From Candidatus Saccharimonadota bacterium (lineage in GTDB: Bacteria > Pseudomonadota > Alphaproteobacteria > Rickettsiales > Anaplasmataceae), in NCBI RefSeq assembly GCF_013365495.1, contig NZ_CP046580.1, positions 600,001 through 632,000 on the forward strand: DNA of 32,000 nucleotides. Direction: 5' to 3'. This document shows, piece by piece, positions 8,931 through 19,245 of the stretch (the first letter of the stretch is position 1; each line of letters begins with the position of its first letter). A model generated the notes under the pieces. It had not been told where the DNA came from, searched no databases, and saw only the letters and a program-made list of their open reading frames with translations. Made by a program: the position numbers and the translations under genes.

Positions 8931-10163
8931 TCACTCGTAACATAATATCTCTGCAGGATCTTGTGCAGCCGCACATAATGCAGGAACAATTGTTGCTAAA
9001 AATGATAATAATAATGCAAGTACAGAAATATTCACTACGTCCTGGGGAACTAATATTACTGGTAAACTTGAGAAAAAGTATATCATAGGATCAAGCAATT
9101 TAGTATTAGTAATATTTTCTAAAAATACTCTAATACTCTCAACATTAAGGGAAAAAATAACACCTATAATACAACCAAGACAAGTTCCTATAAAACCAAT
9201 AAGTAAACCACAAATACAAAATATGCGCATGATACTTCCACTTGTTGCACCAAATGTACGCATAATTGCAATCGCTAATTTCTTTTCTTGTACCATTATC
9301 ATTAAATTTGAAACAATATTGAATGCCGCCACCACTATCATTAAAGCAAGAATTAAAAACATTACATTTTTTTCAGTTTTTAAAGCATGAAAATAGTGAA
9401 TATGTTGCGATTGCCAGCTTTCAGCTTTCATTCCTATTTCTTTTTCTATAACCTGTGCTAACTCACTTGCTTTAGTAATATCATCTATAAATACCTCTAT
9501 ATTTCGCACACTATCTTCTTTATAATTAAAAAAATCCTGTGCTAACTTTATGGGCATATATATTAAGATACTATCATACTCAAACATACCTATATCAAAT
9601 ATAGCTATAACTTCATATTCTTTCATTCTCGGCATTACATTAAATAACATATCAAATCCTTCAGGTAATATAAGTACAATCTTGTCACCACAATTAATGT
9701 TCAAAGCTTCTGCTAATCTAGCTCCTACTATTATCCCTTCATCAAAATTTTTTACATTACCCATAATCACATTATTCGTAATAGAAGTATTATAAAACAA
9801 GTTTTCAACTGATACACTCCGTACTATACTACCCGCAATTTTACCATTAGCTGCAACAATCACCTGATCACTAATCATAGGAATAGCTTTTAATACACCT
9901 GAAATTTTTTCAATCGATTTTGATACTGTATGATAATCCGAATTCATACTTTTATCAAAAAAAACATTAACATGACCATCAATACCAAGTATTGAATCAA
10001 GCAACTTTACCCTAAACCCATTCATTACAGACATTACTACTATTAATGTAGTAACCCCAAGAGCAATACCAACAACAGAAAACAAAGTCATTATAGAGCA
10101 AAACCTAGTATTTTTTGCCCGCAAATAGTGAATAGCAATAGTAACTTCGAAAGCAATAGACAT
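8931..10163 (-). CDS. lolC: Lipoprotein-releasing system permease, LolC/LolE family (FtsX-like)
   Basis: The 410-aa ORF has an N-terminal TM segment, a large periplasmic domain and three C-terminal TM segments with the FtsX-type motif (IMRTFGATSGSIMRIF). The C-terminus DPAEILCYE is typical of LolC/E. Confidence 0.85.
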   Translation of the reverse strand: MSIAFEVTIAIHYLRAKNTRFCSIMTLFSVVGIALGVTTLIVVMSVMNGFRVKLLDSILGIDGHVNVFFDKSMNSDYHTVSKSIEKISGVLKAIPMISDQVIVAANGKIAGSIVRSVSVENLFYNTSITNNVIMGNVKNFDEGIIVGARLAEALNINCGDKIVLILPEGFDMLFNVMPRMKEYEVIAIFDIGMFEYDSILIYMPIKLAQDFFNYKEDSVRNIEVFIDDITKASELAQVIEKEIGMKAESWQSQHIHYFHALKTEKNVMFLILALMIVVAAFNIVSNLMIMVQEKKLAIAIMRTFGATSGSIMRIFCICGLLIGFIGTCLGCIIGVIFSLNVESIRVFLENITNTKLLDPMIYFFSSLPVILVPQDVVNISVLALLLSFLATIVPALCAAAQDPAEILCYE

Positions 10164-11005
10164 TCTAGAAATATTTTGAAGTTAAGCATTATAACTTAAA
10201 ATTTTACTAAAAAAAAATTTTTCTTTAACTTCTTTTTAGTAAAAACTCCTTAATCATTATCCCTTCCGTATTGTATTAAAACTTACTTTTTTCCAGTTAT
10301 ACGCTAATAAATTAACTATCAAATCTCTTATTTAACTCAAAAAATATCTAAATACCAAAATGACCAATAAATATATAAACTTTATTATCTTATAACATAA
10401 ACATAACTCATTATCCAGTTAAGAAAAATTTTATATTACATAATACAAACTTGAAAATCAGAATAAATTTTTCTTACCTCATTCATGACATGTTTAAATT
10501 CCTTTTATAAAATTTTTTCATTAAAAAAACTTCTCTATCATACAATATAACATCTTCTTTCCAATTAAAACACATTGATACAGTTATATTCATGATTAAT
10601 TTATATAGACTTTTTTTATTTTACTAAAAAAACAGTAGCTCTACAGCTAATGTTATTATTCCTAACTCTACCAACTTTAAAACACTTTACATTCCTGCAA
10701 TACATATAATTCCCATAATTCACACTAACATTTATACACTTACATAATAATTATAACATCTATAGACATCTTTTTAGTTTTAACAAAAAAAGCAAAAACC
10801 CCTAAAACAGAACATTATAACTAAATATTTTCTAAAACTGATTCTACTTAATAAAAGTCAAAGTCCACTACATGGTAGTATAAAACATATTTAATTAAAT
10901 TTAAATTGAACAACTAATACTTATATTAAGAATATAATATATATAAACTTTGTTATAAAATAATTAAAGTAAAAATAAATATTAACTTAGAACATCACTC
11001 ACTAA

Positions 11006-12265
11006 CTAATGCATATATAGCATAGTATCTTGCTTTTGATGTAAACCTCTCCTACTTTTCTCTCTTCTAACATAAAAATCCTTATTTCTCTGACTACTAA
11101 ACTCCGCCATTCCTTCACTAATCTCATTTTGCAATTTCTCCTTCTTCAAGCTCTGTTCTCTAGATTGACTTATACTTCCATTACTTTCATTTATCTCATT
11201 CTTTAAGCTTTTTTCAATAAATAACCTTTTAGCATTAAGCTCTCTCCATGTACCTATAATCTTTCTATTATCCATATTTCCTAATTTTTCTTCCCTCTCT
11301 TCAATTTTAATAACACTAAAATCCTTCATAAATTCTTCCCAGCACTTACTTAATTGACAATTCCACATCGTTAAATAAGCATCACCATACTTTTCTTTGT
11401 TTGCTACAAATAACAAAATTATAACTTTTAATATAGTAGCTCCCATATTTACTAAATTTTTTACTATTATTACAAAAGCAAATAAAAGATAACCACAAGA
11501 CTTTACAACTGGACTTTGCCTACTTATTAAACACTTTCCTAATTTTATAGGAATAAAAGCTAGCAACTTAGTACAAATCTTAACTAAACCCACAATAAAA
11601 ACAATAGGAACAGATATAAGACTTTTATCTAATTCAAGATTATTATTTTGATCTCTAATTTCAAAAAAACTAGTATTAAGTTTTTTATAATCACTAGTAT
11701 ACAACAATTCTCCATTTCTTCCTTTTTCATCAATCACCTTATGAACCTCACCTCTTCCATTTTTCTCTTCCTTAGTAAGTACAGAAGAATTAATTAACTT
11801 AAGTGAACTAGTATCAATCTCAAAAACTGGTAAATATTTTACAAGATCAATTTTTTTAAACTTAAATGGCTTATAAAATCCACAATAATCATCATTATCA
11901 TTACATTCATCTTTACTGAGTTTACCCTTATAAACTAAAAATTTAATAGTAAAATAACCTTTACCGTCTTTCGTTATAAAAGAATTTCCTTTTTCATTTT
12001 CTGCAACAGAAATTAAATTATACTTATATCTATCATAGCAAAGCTCATACATACTATCATTATTACTATCCTCACTCTTTATGATTTTACCTAACTTAAC
12101 AATACGATCATAATTTTTTGGATATTTAAGCTTTCTCCCATCTTTATATACTATCACTTTTCTGAGATCTTTGACATAAACAGCCTGGGATTCAAATGAA
12201 GCAAATAGACCTTTTATTTTTAGTATACAACTTATTCCTACTTTCTTGAGTACCTTTAACATCAT
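11006..12265 (-). CDS. Hypothetical protein (orphan) with a central double hydrophobic block and a basic, coiled C-terminal region
   Basis: This 419-codon ORF is far longer than chance allows in this AT-rich sequence, and its codon style matches neighbouring minus-strand genes. I recognise no family motif. Hydrophobic segments lie at about aa 216-240 and 257-288. The C-terminus is rich in K/R/E/Q. Confidence 0.6.
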   Translation of the reverse strand: MMLKVLKKVGISCILKIKGLFASFESQAVYVKDLRKVIVYKDGRKLKYPKNYDRIVKLGKIIKSEDSNNDSMYELCYDRYKYNLISVAENEKGNSFITKDGKGYFTIKFLVYKGKLSKDECNDNDDYCGFYKPFKFKKIDLVKYLPVFEIDTSSLKLINSSVLTKEEKNGRGEVHKVIDEKGRNGELLYTSDYKKLNTSFFEIRDQNNNLELDKSLISVPIVFIVGLVKICTKLLAFIPIKLGKCLISRQSPVVKSCGYLLFAFVIIVKNLVNMGATILKVIILLFVANKEKYGDAYLTMWNCQLSKCWEEFMKDFSVIKIEEREEKLGNMDNRKIIGTWRELNAKRLFIEKSLKNEINESNGSISQSREQSLKKEKLQNEISEGMAEFSSQRNKDFYVRREKSRRGLHQKQDTMLYMH

Positions 12266-12349
12266 ATTAATCTACCAAAATTACTATAAATATATAGTTC
12301 AATAATAAAATTAATACATTTAACGATATATTAACATAAAATCAATAAT

Positions 12350-12718
12350 TCATAATAGAAAAATGCGCCTATAAAAAAAAAGAACTGTAAAGGCAAGAAC
12401 TATATAAGTAGCACTCGATAAATACTTTATACATGTAACTATAAAAACTCTTATAGATATACTGTATATGTAATCTTCGCATATTACTTGCATTCCAAGA
12501 ACTGCATGCCAGAAAATACAAAATAATAATACAATAAAAAATAAAAGTTCTAGAGGATGACTAATAGCCAGAAGCAATTTTTCATTAAAAGACAGAGAAT
12601 AATTAGTATAAAATGTAGAAAGATATAAATAAATAAACCAAGGAAATAAAAGTAGCAAGATCACTGCGGAAATACGTTGTACCCACCAACGATATATTGA
12701 ATTTCTAGACTGAATCAT
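12350..12718 (-). CDS. sdhD: Succinate dehydrogenase hydrophobic membrane anchor subunit
   Basis: The 122-aa ORF has three TM helices, opens with WWVQRISAVILL in the SdhD-like pattern, and carries a heme-ligand His context (FWHAVLGMQVICEDY). It overlaps the sdhC stop by 4 bp. Confidence 0.85.
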   Translation of the reverse strand: MIQSRNSIYRWWVQRISAVILLLLFPWFIYLYLSTFYTNYSLSFNEKLLLAISHPLELLFFIVLLFCIFWHAVLGMQVICEDYIYSISIRVFIVTCIKYLSSATYIVLAFTVLFFYRRIFLL

Positions 12719-13101
12719 ATAAACATAAATAAAAAAGTTATAGTAGAAAGAAGAAGTATTATTGTTATTAAAATAGCACTTCTTGAAACACCAGTCATTT
12801 CTAAATTAAGTCCCATATCCCATAATAAATGACGAACACCATTAAAAAAATGGTATAAAAAGCTCACAAAACATAAAATATAAGCTAACTTAGCAATAAA
12901 AGCAGATAATAATACATTTAAGTACCTTACTATAAACAGTTCAGGAAAATAGACATATAATATAAAATACCAAGAAAGTACTACTAACAAAAAAAATAAA
13001 AAAATACCAGTTAATCTATGTATAATAGAAAAAAAACTAGTAATCTGTATTTTATATATATGTAAATGTGGAGAAAGAGGCCTATCACTCATAAAACCCA
13101 T
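12715..13101 (-). CDS. sdhC: Succinate dehydrogenase cytochrome b556 subunit
   Basis: The RPLSPHLHIYK signature sits near the N-terminus, SIIHRLTGIF follows, and there are three TM helices in 128 aa. The second Met (MSDRPLSPH) is an alternative start. Confidence 0.9.
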   Translation of the reverse strand: MGFMSDRPLSPHLHIYKIQITSFFSIIHRLTGIFLFFLLVVLSWYFILYVYFPELFIVRYLNVLLSAFIAKLAYILCFVSFLYHFFNGVRHLLWDMGLNLEMTGVSRSAILITIILLLSTITFLFMFI

Positions 13102-13130
13102 ACCAAAATTAGAATAAGAAAATGAAACAA

Positions 13131-13154
13131 AGCAGAAGTAAAGACAGCAGTATA
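13131..13154 (-). other. 3' (trailer) arm of a putative pre-16S rRNA processing helix
   Basis: Plus-strand agcagaagtaaagacagcagtata is the reverse complement of 14767-14790 at 22 of 24 positions. It lies 48-71 nt past the 16S 3' end and 30 nt before the sdhC ATG. Confidence 0.6.
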
Positions 13155-13201
13155 GTGCATAATAACACTATTATTAAATATAGTAAATTATACACAAAGC
13201 C

Positions 13202-14704
<1,503 letters not shown>

Positions 14705-14766
14705 AAACTTTAACTTATAAAAAGTTAAAGGTATATCAAATAATCCAATATAGGATAATTTAGCTT

Positions 14767-14790
14767 TATACTGCTGTCTTTATTTCTACT
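14767..14790 (-). other. 5' (leader) arm of a putative pre-16S rRNA processing helix
   Basis: Plus-strand tatactgctgtctttatttctact is complementary to 13131-13154. It lies 63-86 nt upstream of the mature 16S 5' end and downstream of the candidate promoter. Confidence 0.6.
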
Positions 14791-14834
14791 TTAGAAATAT
14801 TTTAATCTTCAACTATTCAAACAACCTTTAAAAA

Positions 14835-14864
14835 ATATTATCATGTGATATAACGTAGTGTCAA
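14835..14864 (-). promoter_or_regulatory. Candidate 16S rRNA promoter with an extended -10
   Basis: The minus strand reads TTGACA (14859-14864), an 18-nt spacer ending in TGa, then TAATAT (14835-14840). The -35 is perfect and a TGn extended -10 is present. An A/T-rich stretch lies upstream, and the -10 sits about 130 nt upstream of the mature 16S 5' end. Confidence 0.45.
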
Positions 14865-14925
14865 TATGTTTTTACAAATCATAAAGTATTAATATATAAA
14901 CACATATTTATTTAAGAATATTACT

Positions 14926-15468
14926 ATGAAAAAATATATCTTGTTATTGATATCGATGCCAGTACTAATTGCTATCATATTATATTTATTACACTATACT
15001 AATAACATAAAGCGATCTACAATTGCAGGCAATAAATTTTATAAGACATTTTTTTTAAAAAAAGACACTAAATTATTAGAAGAAGTAGACTCAAGCTGGA
15101 AATATTTAGCAAATTTTGAAAATGCATTCAATCACATCTCAAATTCAACATCAACATATGCTATATTCATTTACAATGATATAGCAAACAATAAAGATGT
15201 TCCTAATATTTTACGTGAATTAGCACAATATTTAGAAATAATGAGTTTATTTCTCTATGGTAAAAAAATAGATAAAGATAAAATCAATAACTTAAAATCA
15301 AGCACAATATATCCTTATTCAAGCCAAGAAGCCATTGCTATAATAAAAATACATAATAATGACATTAAAGGCGCAATTAAAATACTACATTCATTATTAA
15401 ATAGCAAAAAATGTCCTACTTTAATAAAGGCTAACGCACAAGAATTACTCCGGATATATGAAAATTAA
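14926..15468 (+). CDS. Hypothetical membrane-anchored protein (N-terminal TM segment plus helical domain), possibly YfgM/TPR-like
   Basis: The 180-aa ORF has the N-terminal TM segment KKYILLLISMPVLIAIILYLL, and the rest is predicted helical. The resemblance to YfgM-type proteins rests on architecture only and is weak. Confidence 0.55.
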   Translation: MKKYILLLISMPVLIAIILYLLHYTNNIKRSTIAGNKFYKTFFLKKDTKLLEEVDSSWKYLANFENAFNHISNSTSTYAIFIYNDIANNKDVPNILRELAQYLEIMSLFLYGKKIDKDKINNLKSSTIYPYSSQEAIAIIKIHNNDIKGAIKILHSLLNSKKCPTLIKANAQELLRIYEN

Positions 15469-15802
15469 AAAGAATTTTGCATAACAAAATAATGACTAGT
15501 TACTTATAAACTCTATCAGTTTTCCCATTTTCATTAAACTGAAAGTATTTTAATTATTTAACATTTGCAAATTCAACAATAAAATAATATTATGTGGTTA
15601 ATTTTTTATATTAAACTTTTCATGCTATCTATGTTTTAGTATTATATTTTCCCTTAAAATAAATAAATTTTTTAAAATATTTCATAACTAAAAATAGTTG
15701 CATAAATTTAAAATAGTTTAATCATCCTCAACACTGAAAATATAAAAATACCATACATTTTAATATAAACGTTAATATTTTACTTAATTTTTTAAAAATA
15801 AA

Positions 15803-16318
15803 TCAAGACCTCAACTTTTTATTTTTTCTTAACAAAACATAAAAAGCTCCTTTACCACCATGCCTTTTTATAGCTTGTCGATAGTATAAAACCATGTACT
15901 GAATTTTACTATTATTTAACCACTTACTCAAATTATTCTTTATAATTTCCGTTTTACCTACTATATTACTTTGTCCTGTGATTATTAATAAATACCTATT
16001 TCCTACTTTATAATTTTCAATAATAAAATCTATTAATTTAGAGTATGCATCCTCTATACTATAACCATGTAAGTCAAGCTTATTATTTATCAAACATTTT
16101 CCTTTATCAATTTTTAACTTTGTGTTATAGTCAAGACAAAATGGCAAACTACCACTATTAATGTTAAAAAAATCTTCTCGCAAACAAGGTATGTCCCTAT
16201 CAATTACAGGTTTTATATCTATTTTATAGCGACTTCTTAAAGTTACTCTCTCAGATTTTATTGGTTTAACATTCTTTGCCCAATCCAATTCATCATCTAA
16301 CATAGATAGACTAATCAA
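15803..16318 (-). CDS. Smr (MutS2 C-terminal-like) domain protein
   Basis: The C-terminal Smr signature is LDLHGYSIEDAYSKLIDFI...YLLIITGQS...KNNLSKWL in a 171-aa ORF. Confidence 0.8.
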   Translation of the reverse strand: MISLSMLDDELDWAKNVKPIKSERVTLRSRYKIDIKPVIDRDIPCLREDFFNINSGSLPFCLDYNTKLKIDKGKCLINNKLDLHGYSIEDAYSKLIDFIIENYKVGNRYLLIITGQSNIVGKTEIIKNNLSKWLNNSKIQYMVLYYRQAIKRHGGKGAFYVLLRKNKKLRS

Positions 16319-16353
16319 CCTTATTATTCTATAATAATATTAAATATAGTAAA

Positions 16354-17148
16354 ATGCTACTTAATTTTATAAAATTTAAGATTCTAAATTTAATGAAATC
16401 AAAAATTAACGAGAGTTTTTGGCTATATGGAAAGCACACTTGTATATCAGCACTAAAAAATAAAAATAGGCAGTGTATAGAACTATTAATAACAGAAAAT
16501 TTCTACAAAAAACATAAAGAAAAAATTAAGCAATATATAAATAACAAGTGTATTAAAGTACAATTAGTAAAAAATAAAATACTCAATAACTTTTTACCAA
16601 AAAGTGCTAACCATCAAGGCATTGCTTTAAAAGTTTCCCCTATTTTCCATAACTTAAACATCAAAGAGTTAGCACAAAATTCAAATAATAACTCCACTAT
16701 AGTCATTTTAGATCAAATCACTGATACACACAATATAGGATCAATTTCAAGAACATCCGCTTGTTTCAATGTTGATGCAGTAGTTCTACCATATCACAAT
16801 TCACCTAAAAAAAATGCATCTATCGCAAAAGCAGCAAGTGGAGCATTAGATATAATTCCCCTAATACATGTTACAAACATAGTTCAAATTATAAAATATT
16901 TAAAAAAGGTTGGCTATTGGTGTTATGGATTTGATAACAATGCAAAAAAGTATATAAATGAAATAAAAAGCTTTTTGGGAAAAAAAGTAATCATTTTTGG
17001 TTCTGAAGAAAAAGGAATACGAAAATTAGTTAAAGAAAATTGTGATTATCTTTTAAAAATTCCAATATCAAACTCAATTAATAGCTTAAATGTTTCAAAT
17101 GCAGTAGCAATAGGATTATACTCTGTTTACATTAAAACACCACTATAA
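16354..17148 (+). CDS. rlmB: SpoU/TrmH-family rRNA 2'-O-methyltransferase (RlmB-like)
   Basis: An N-terminal substrate-binding region (LYGKHTCISALKN) precedes the SPOUT motifs THNIGSISRTSACFNVDAVVL, IFGSEEKGIRKLVKENCDYLLKIP and SLNVSNAVAIGLY. An alternative start at 16393 (MKSKINES) is possible. Confidence 0.85.
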   Translation: MLLNFIKFKILNLMKSKINESFWLYGKHTCISALKNKNRQCIELLITENFYKKHKEKIKQYINNKCIKVQLVKNKILNNFLPKSANHQGIALKVSPIFHNLNIKELAQNSNNNSTIVILDQITDTHNIGSISRTSACFNVDAVVLPYHNSPKKNASIAKAASGALDIIPLIHVTNIVQIIKYLKKVGYWCYGFDNNAKKYINEIKSFLGKKVIIFGSEEKGIRKLVKENCDYLLKIPISNSINSLNVSNAVAIGLYSVYIKTPL

Positions 17149-17172
17149 TATAATTACCACTATAATATAATT
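17139..17172. repeat. Perfect 17-bp tandem duplication (ACCACTATAATATAATT x2) spanning the rlmB stop codon
   Basis: Positions 17139-17155 and 17156-17172 are identical. The first copy contains the last codons of rlmB (cca cta taa). Confidence 0.95.
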
Positions 17173-17247
17173 AAAGTAATTTTTCACTTGATAAAGATAC
17201 AGTCTTATCTTATAATAATATTTAAGGAATAAAAAGGAGTTATATTT

Positions 17248-17970
17248 ATGTCTTACATGAGAAATGAGCGAGATGTTTACTCTCAAGGTATCTATTATAG
17301 TGCTGGGCTTAGAAGCTATTTGACCAAAGTATACAATTACATGGCTATAGCTTTAGGTGTTACCGGTACTGTTGCATTTTTAACTGTGTTCTTCGGTCTT
17401 TTCCAGGTTATTTATTCTAATCCTATTCTATCACTTATAGTAATGTTTTCTCCAGTAGCAATGGTGTTTTATATGTCTTTCAGACTCCAATACTTGAGCG
17501 CTCAATCTACAGTTACTATATTCTTCTTATTCTCAGTCCTAATGGGACTTTCTTTATCCCATATTTTTATAATTTACACTGCAAAAAACATAGCAAGAGC
17601 ATTTTTTATCACATCAGCTATGTTTAGCTCTATGGCCTTATATGGTAACGCTACAAAAAAAGATCTAACCAACATGGGTTCTTTCTTGATTATGGGAATC
17701 TGGGGAATAATTATTGCATCCATAGTTAATTTATTTCTTGGAAGTACCCCTCTTTATTTTGCAATATCATTCATATCAGTAATAATTTTTACCTTGATAA
17801 CTGCATATGATGCACAAAGAATCAAAGATATTTATTATAGATATAACGATGGTTCAGAAGTTGCAGCTACCAAACTAGCTATACTTGGTGCAACCAATCT
17901 TTATTTTGATTTTATCAATATCTTTCTCAATTTACTCAGGCTACTTCATTTATTTAACAATAGAGATTAA
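17248..17970 (+). CDS. BAX inhibitor-1/YccA family inner-membrane protein
   Basis: The 240-aa ORF has about 7 TM helices. Family-typical features are GLRSYLTKVYNYMAIALGVTG at the N-terminus and ITAYDAQRIK near the C-terminus. AAGGAG lies 8 nt upstream of the ATG. Confidence 0.85.
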   Translation: MSYMRNERDVYSQGIYYSAGLRSYLTKVYNYMAIALGVTGTVAFLTVFFGLFQVIYSNPILSLIVMFSPVAMVFYMSFRLQYLSAQSTVTIFFLFSVLMGLSLSHIFIIYTAKNIARAFFITSAMFSSMALYGNATKKDLTNMGSFLIMGIWGIIIASIVNLFLGSTPLYFAISFISVIIFTLITAYDAQRIKDIYYRYNDGSEVAATKLAILGATNLYFDFINIFLNLLRLLHLFNNRD

Positions 17971-18510
17971 ATGTTTTCTTTCTTAAAAAAGAATAATAAA
18001 GGTTTCACAATTTTATCTCTAATACTCTTAGTAATATTGATGCTATGTCTTACATATATATCAGTGCCGCTATATAGCACTTTCTGTAAAGTTACCGGAT
18101 ATGGTGGCACGACTAAAAAAACAATCAATACAACCACCACAAATGTAACTAATCAAAAAATCAGGGTCTACTTCGATGCCAATGTAATGCCAGATTTATC
18201 ATGGGAATTTAATCCAGAAACTAACTATATTGATGTAAATATAGGAGAACAAAACTTAGCTTTTTATCACGCAAAAAATTTATCTAACCGTCCCTCATTT
18301 GGAATGGCAGTATATAATGTCACACCTTTTAAAGCAGGCAAATATTTTAACAAAATTGCCTGCTTTTGCTTTGAAGAACAACCACTATTACCAAAACAAA
18401 AAGCAGCTATGCCAGTATCTTTTTACATAGACCCTGAAATAATGCATGATAATAGCACAAAAGATTTAAGTGAAATAACATTATCATATACGTTTTTTAA
18501 GCTTAAATAA
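17971..18510 (+). CDS. ctaG: Cytochrome c oxidase assembly protein CtaG/Cox11
   Basis: An N-terminal TM segment is followed by CKVTGYGGTT and the copper-binding CFCF motif (FNKIACFCFEEQPL). It starts immediately after the preceding stop codon. Confidence 0.9.
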   Translation: MFSFLKKNNKGFTILSLILLVILMLCLTYISVPLYSTFCKVTGYGGTTKKTINTTTTNVTNQKIRVYFDANVMPDLSWEFNPETNYIDVNIGEQNLAFYHAKNLSNRPSFGMAVYNVTPFKAGKYFNKIACFCFEEQPLLPKQKAAMPVSFYIDPEIMHDNSTKDLSEITLSYTFFKLK

Positions 18511-19245
18511 ATAATAAATTTAGAAATCTTATTTTCTTAAATACATACATAATATAAACATTATTATAATAAAAGTATAGCTAGTATAAAAAAATAATAA
18601 AAATTACATCAACCTTATAATTAAAAGGTTTATACTATATAATAACAGTCACTTATTCTAAATACTAAAATTAATTTTCATTTATAATAAACAGTAAAAC
18701 ATAATCATAAATTCTAAACTTCTTAATAAATTAAATTATATAAAAACTTATCACTCTCAAAATTTACATTAAATTTTACTTTATCAATTTGCATTAAGTT
18801 AGTAAAAAACAAAAGAGATTTTGCAACCTCAAACATGAACAAAATCTTCTATTTTAATTCAACTTATAGATAAAAAGCATTACATATTATATCAAGTTAA
18901 AAAAAAAGTTAAGACTGAAATAAATAAAATTAATTTATACAATGTATATTATATGCAGTAAACTTACCAAAATAAAATACTAAGAAAACAAAACTTAAAA
19001 TCAACATATCTTCATAAGCAATTTTATTTACTATAAAAACTTTACATAATAACTCACTTCATCCACAAATCAAAAAAAACATAAAACAACAAGCACCCTT
19101 ACATAACTAAGTAGTTATATAAATCTTTATTATTCTTATATATTAACTATCTAACAATAAAAACTCTCAATATAATTAAACATAAAAAACCCTACAAACT
19201 TTAGTAACTTTTCATAAACTCCATTCTCTTTTTAAGCAAAAGATA

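Noticed and set aside
10202-10244. 12-bp perfect inverted repeat TTTTACTAAAAA / TTTTTAGTAAAA upstream of lolC, and a 15-nt direct repeat ATTTTACTAAAAAAA at 10201 and 10618
   Set aside because: Both are almost pure A/T. A rough probability estimate puts matches of this length at chance level within about 6 kb of spacer with this composition.
13102-13201. Search for tRNA-Ile/tRNA-Ala, 23S or 5S downstream of 16S
   Set aside because: None is present. The spacer is only 100 nt and sdhC follows, so the rRNA operon is split.
19051-19062. DnaA-box-like TCATCCACA, with others such as TTATACACA near 8801 and TGTGGATAT at 6081
   Set aside because: These are isolated single near-matches, one of them inside a coding region. 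There is no cluster and no skew switch, so this is not an origin.
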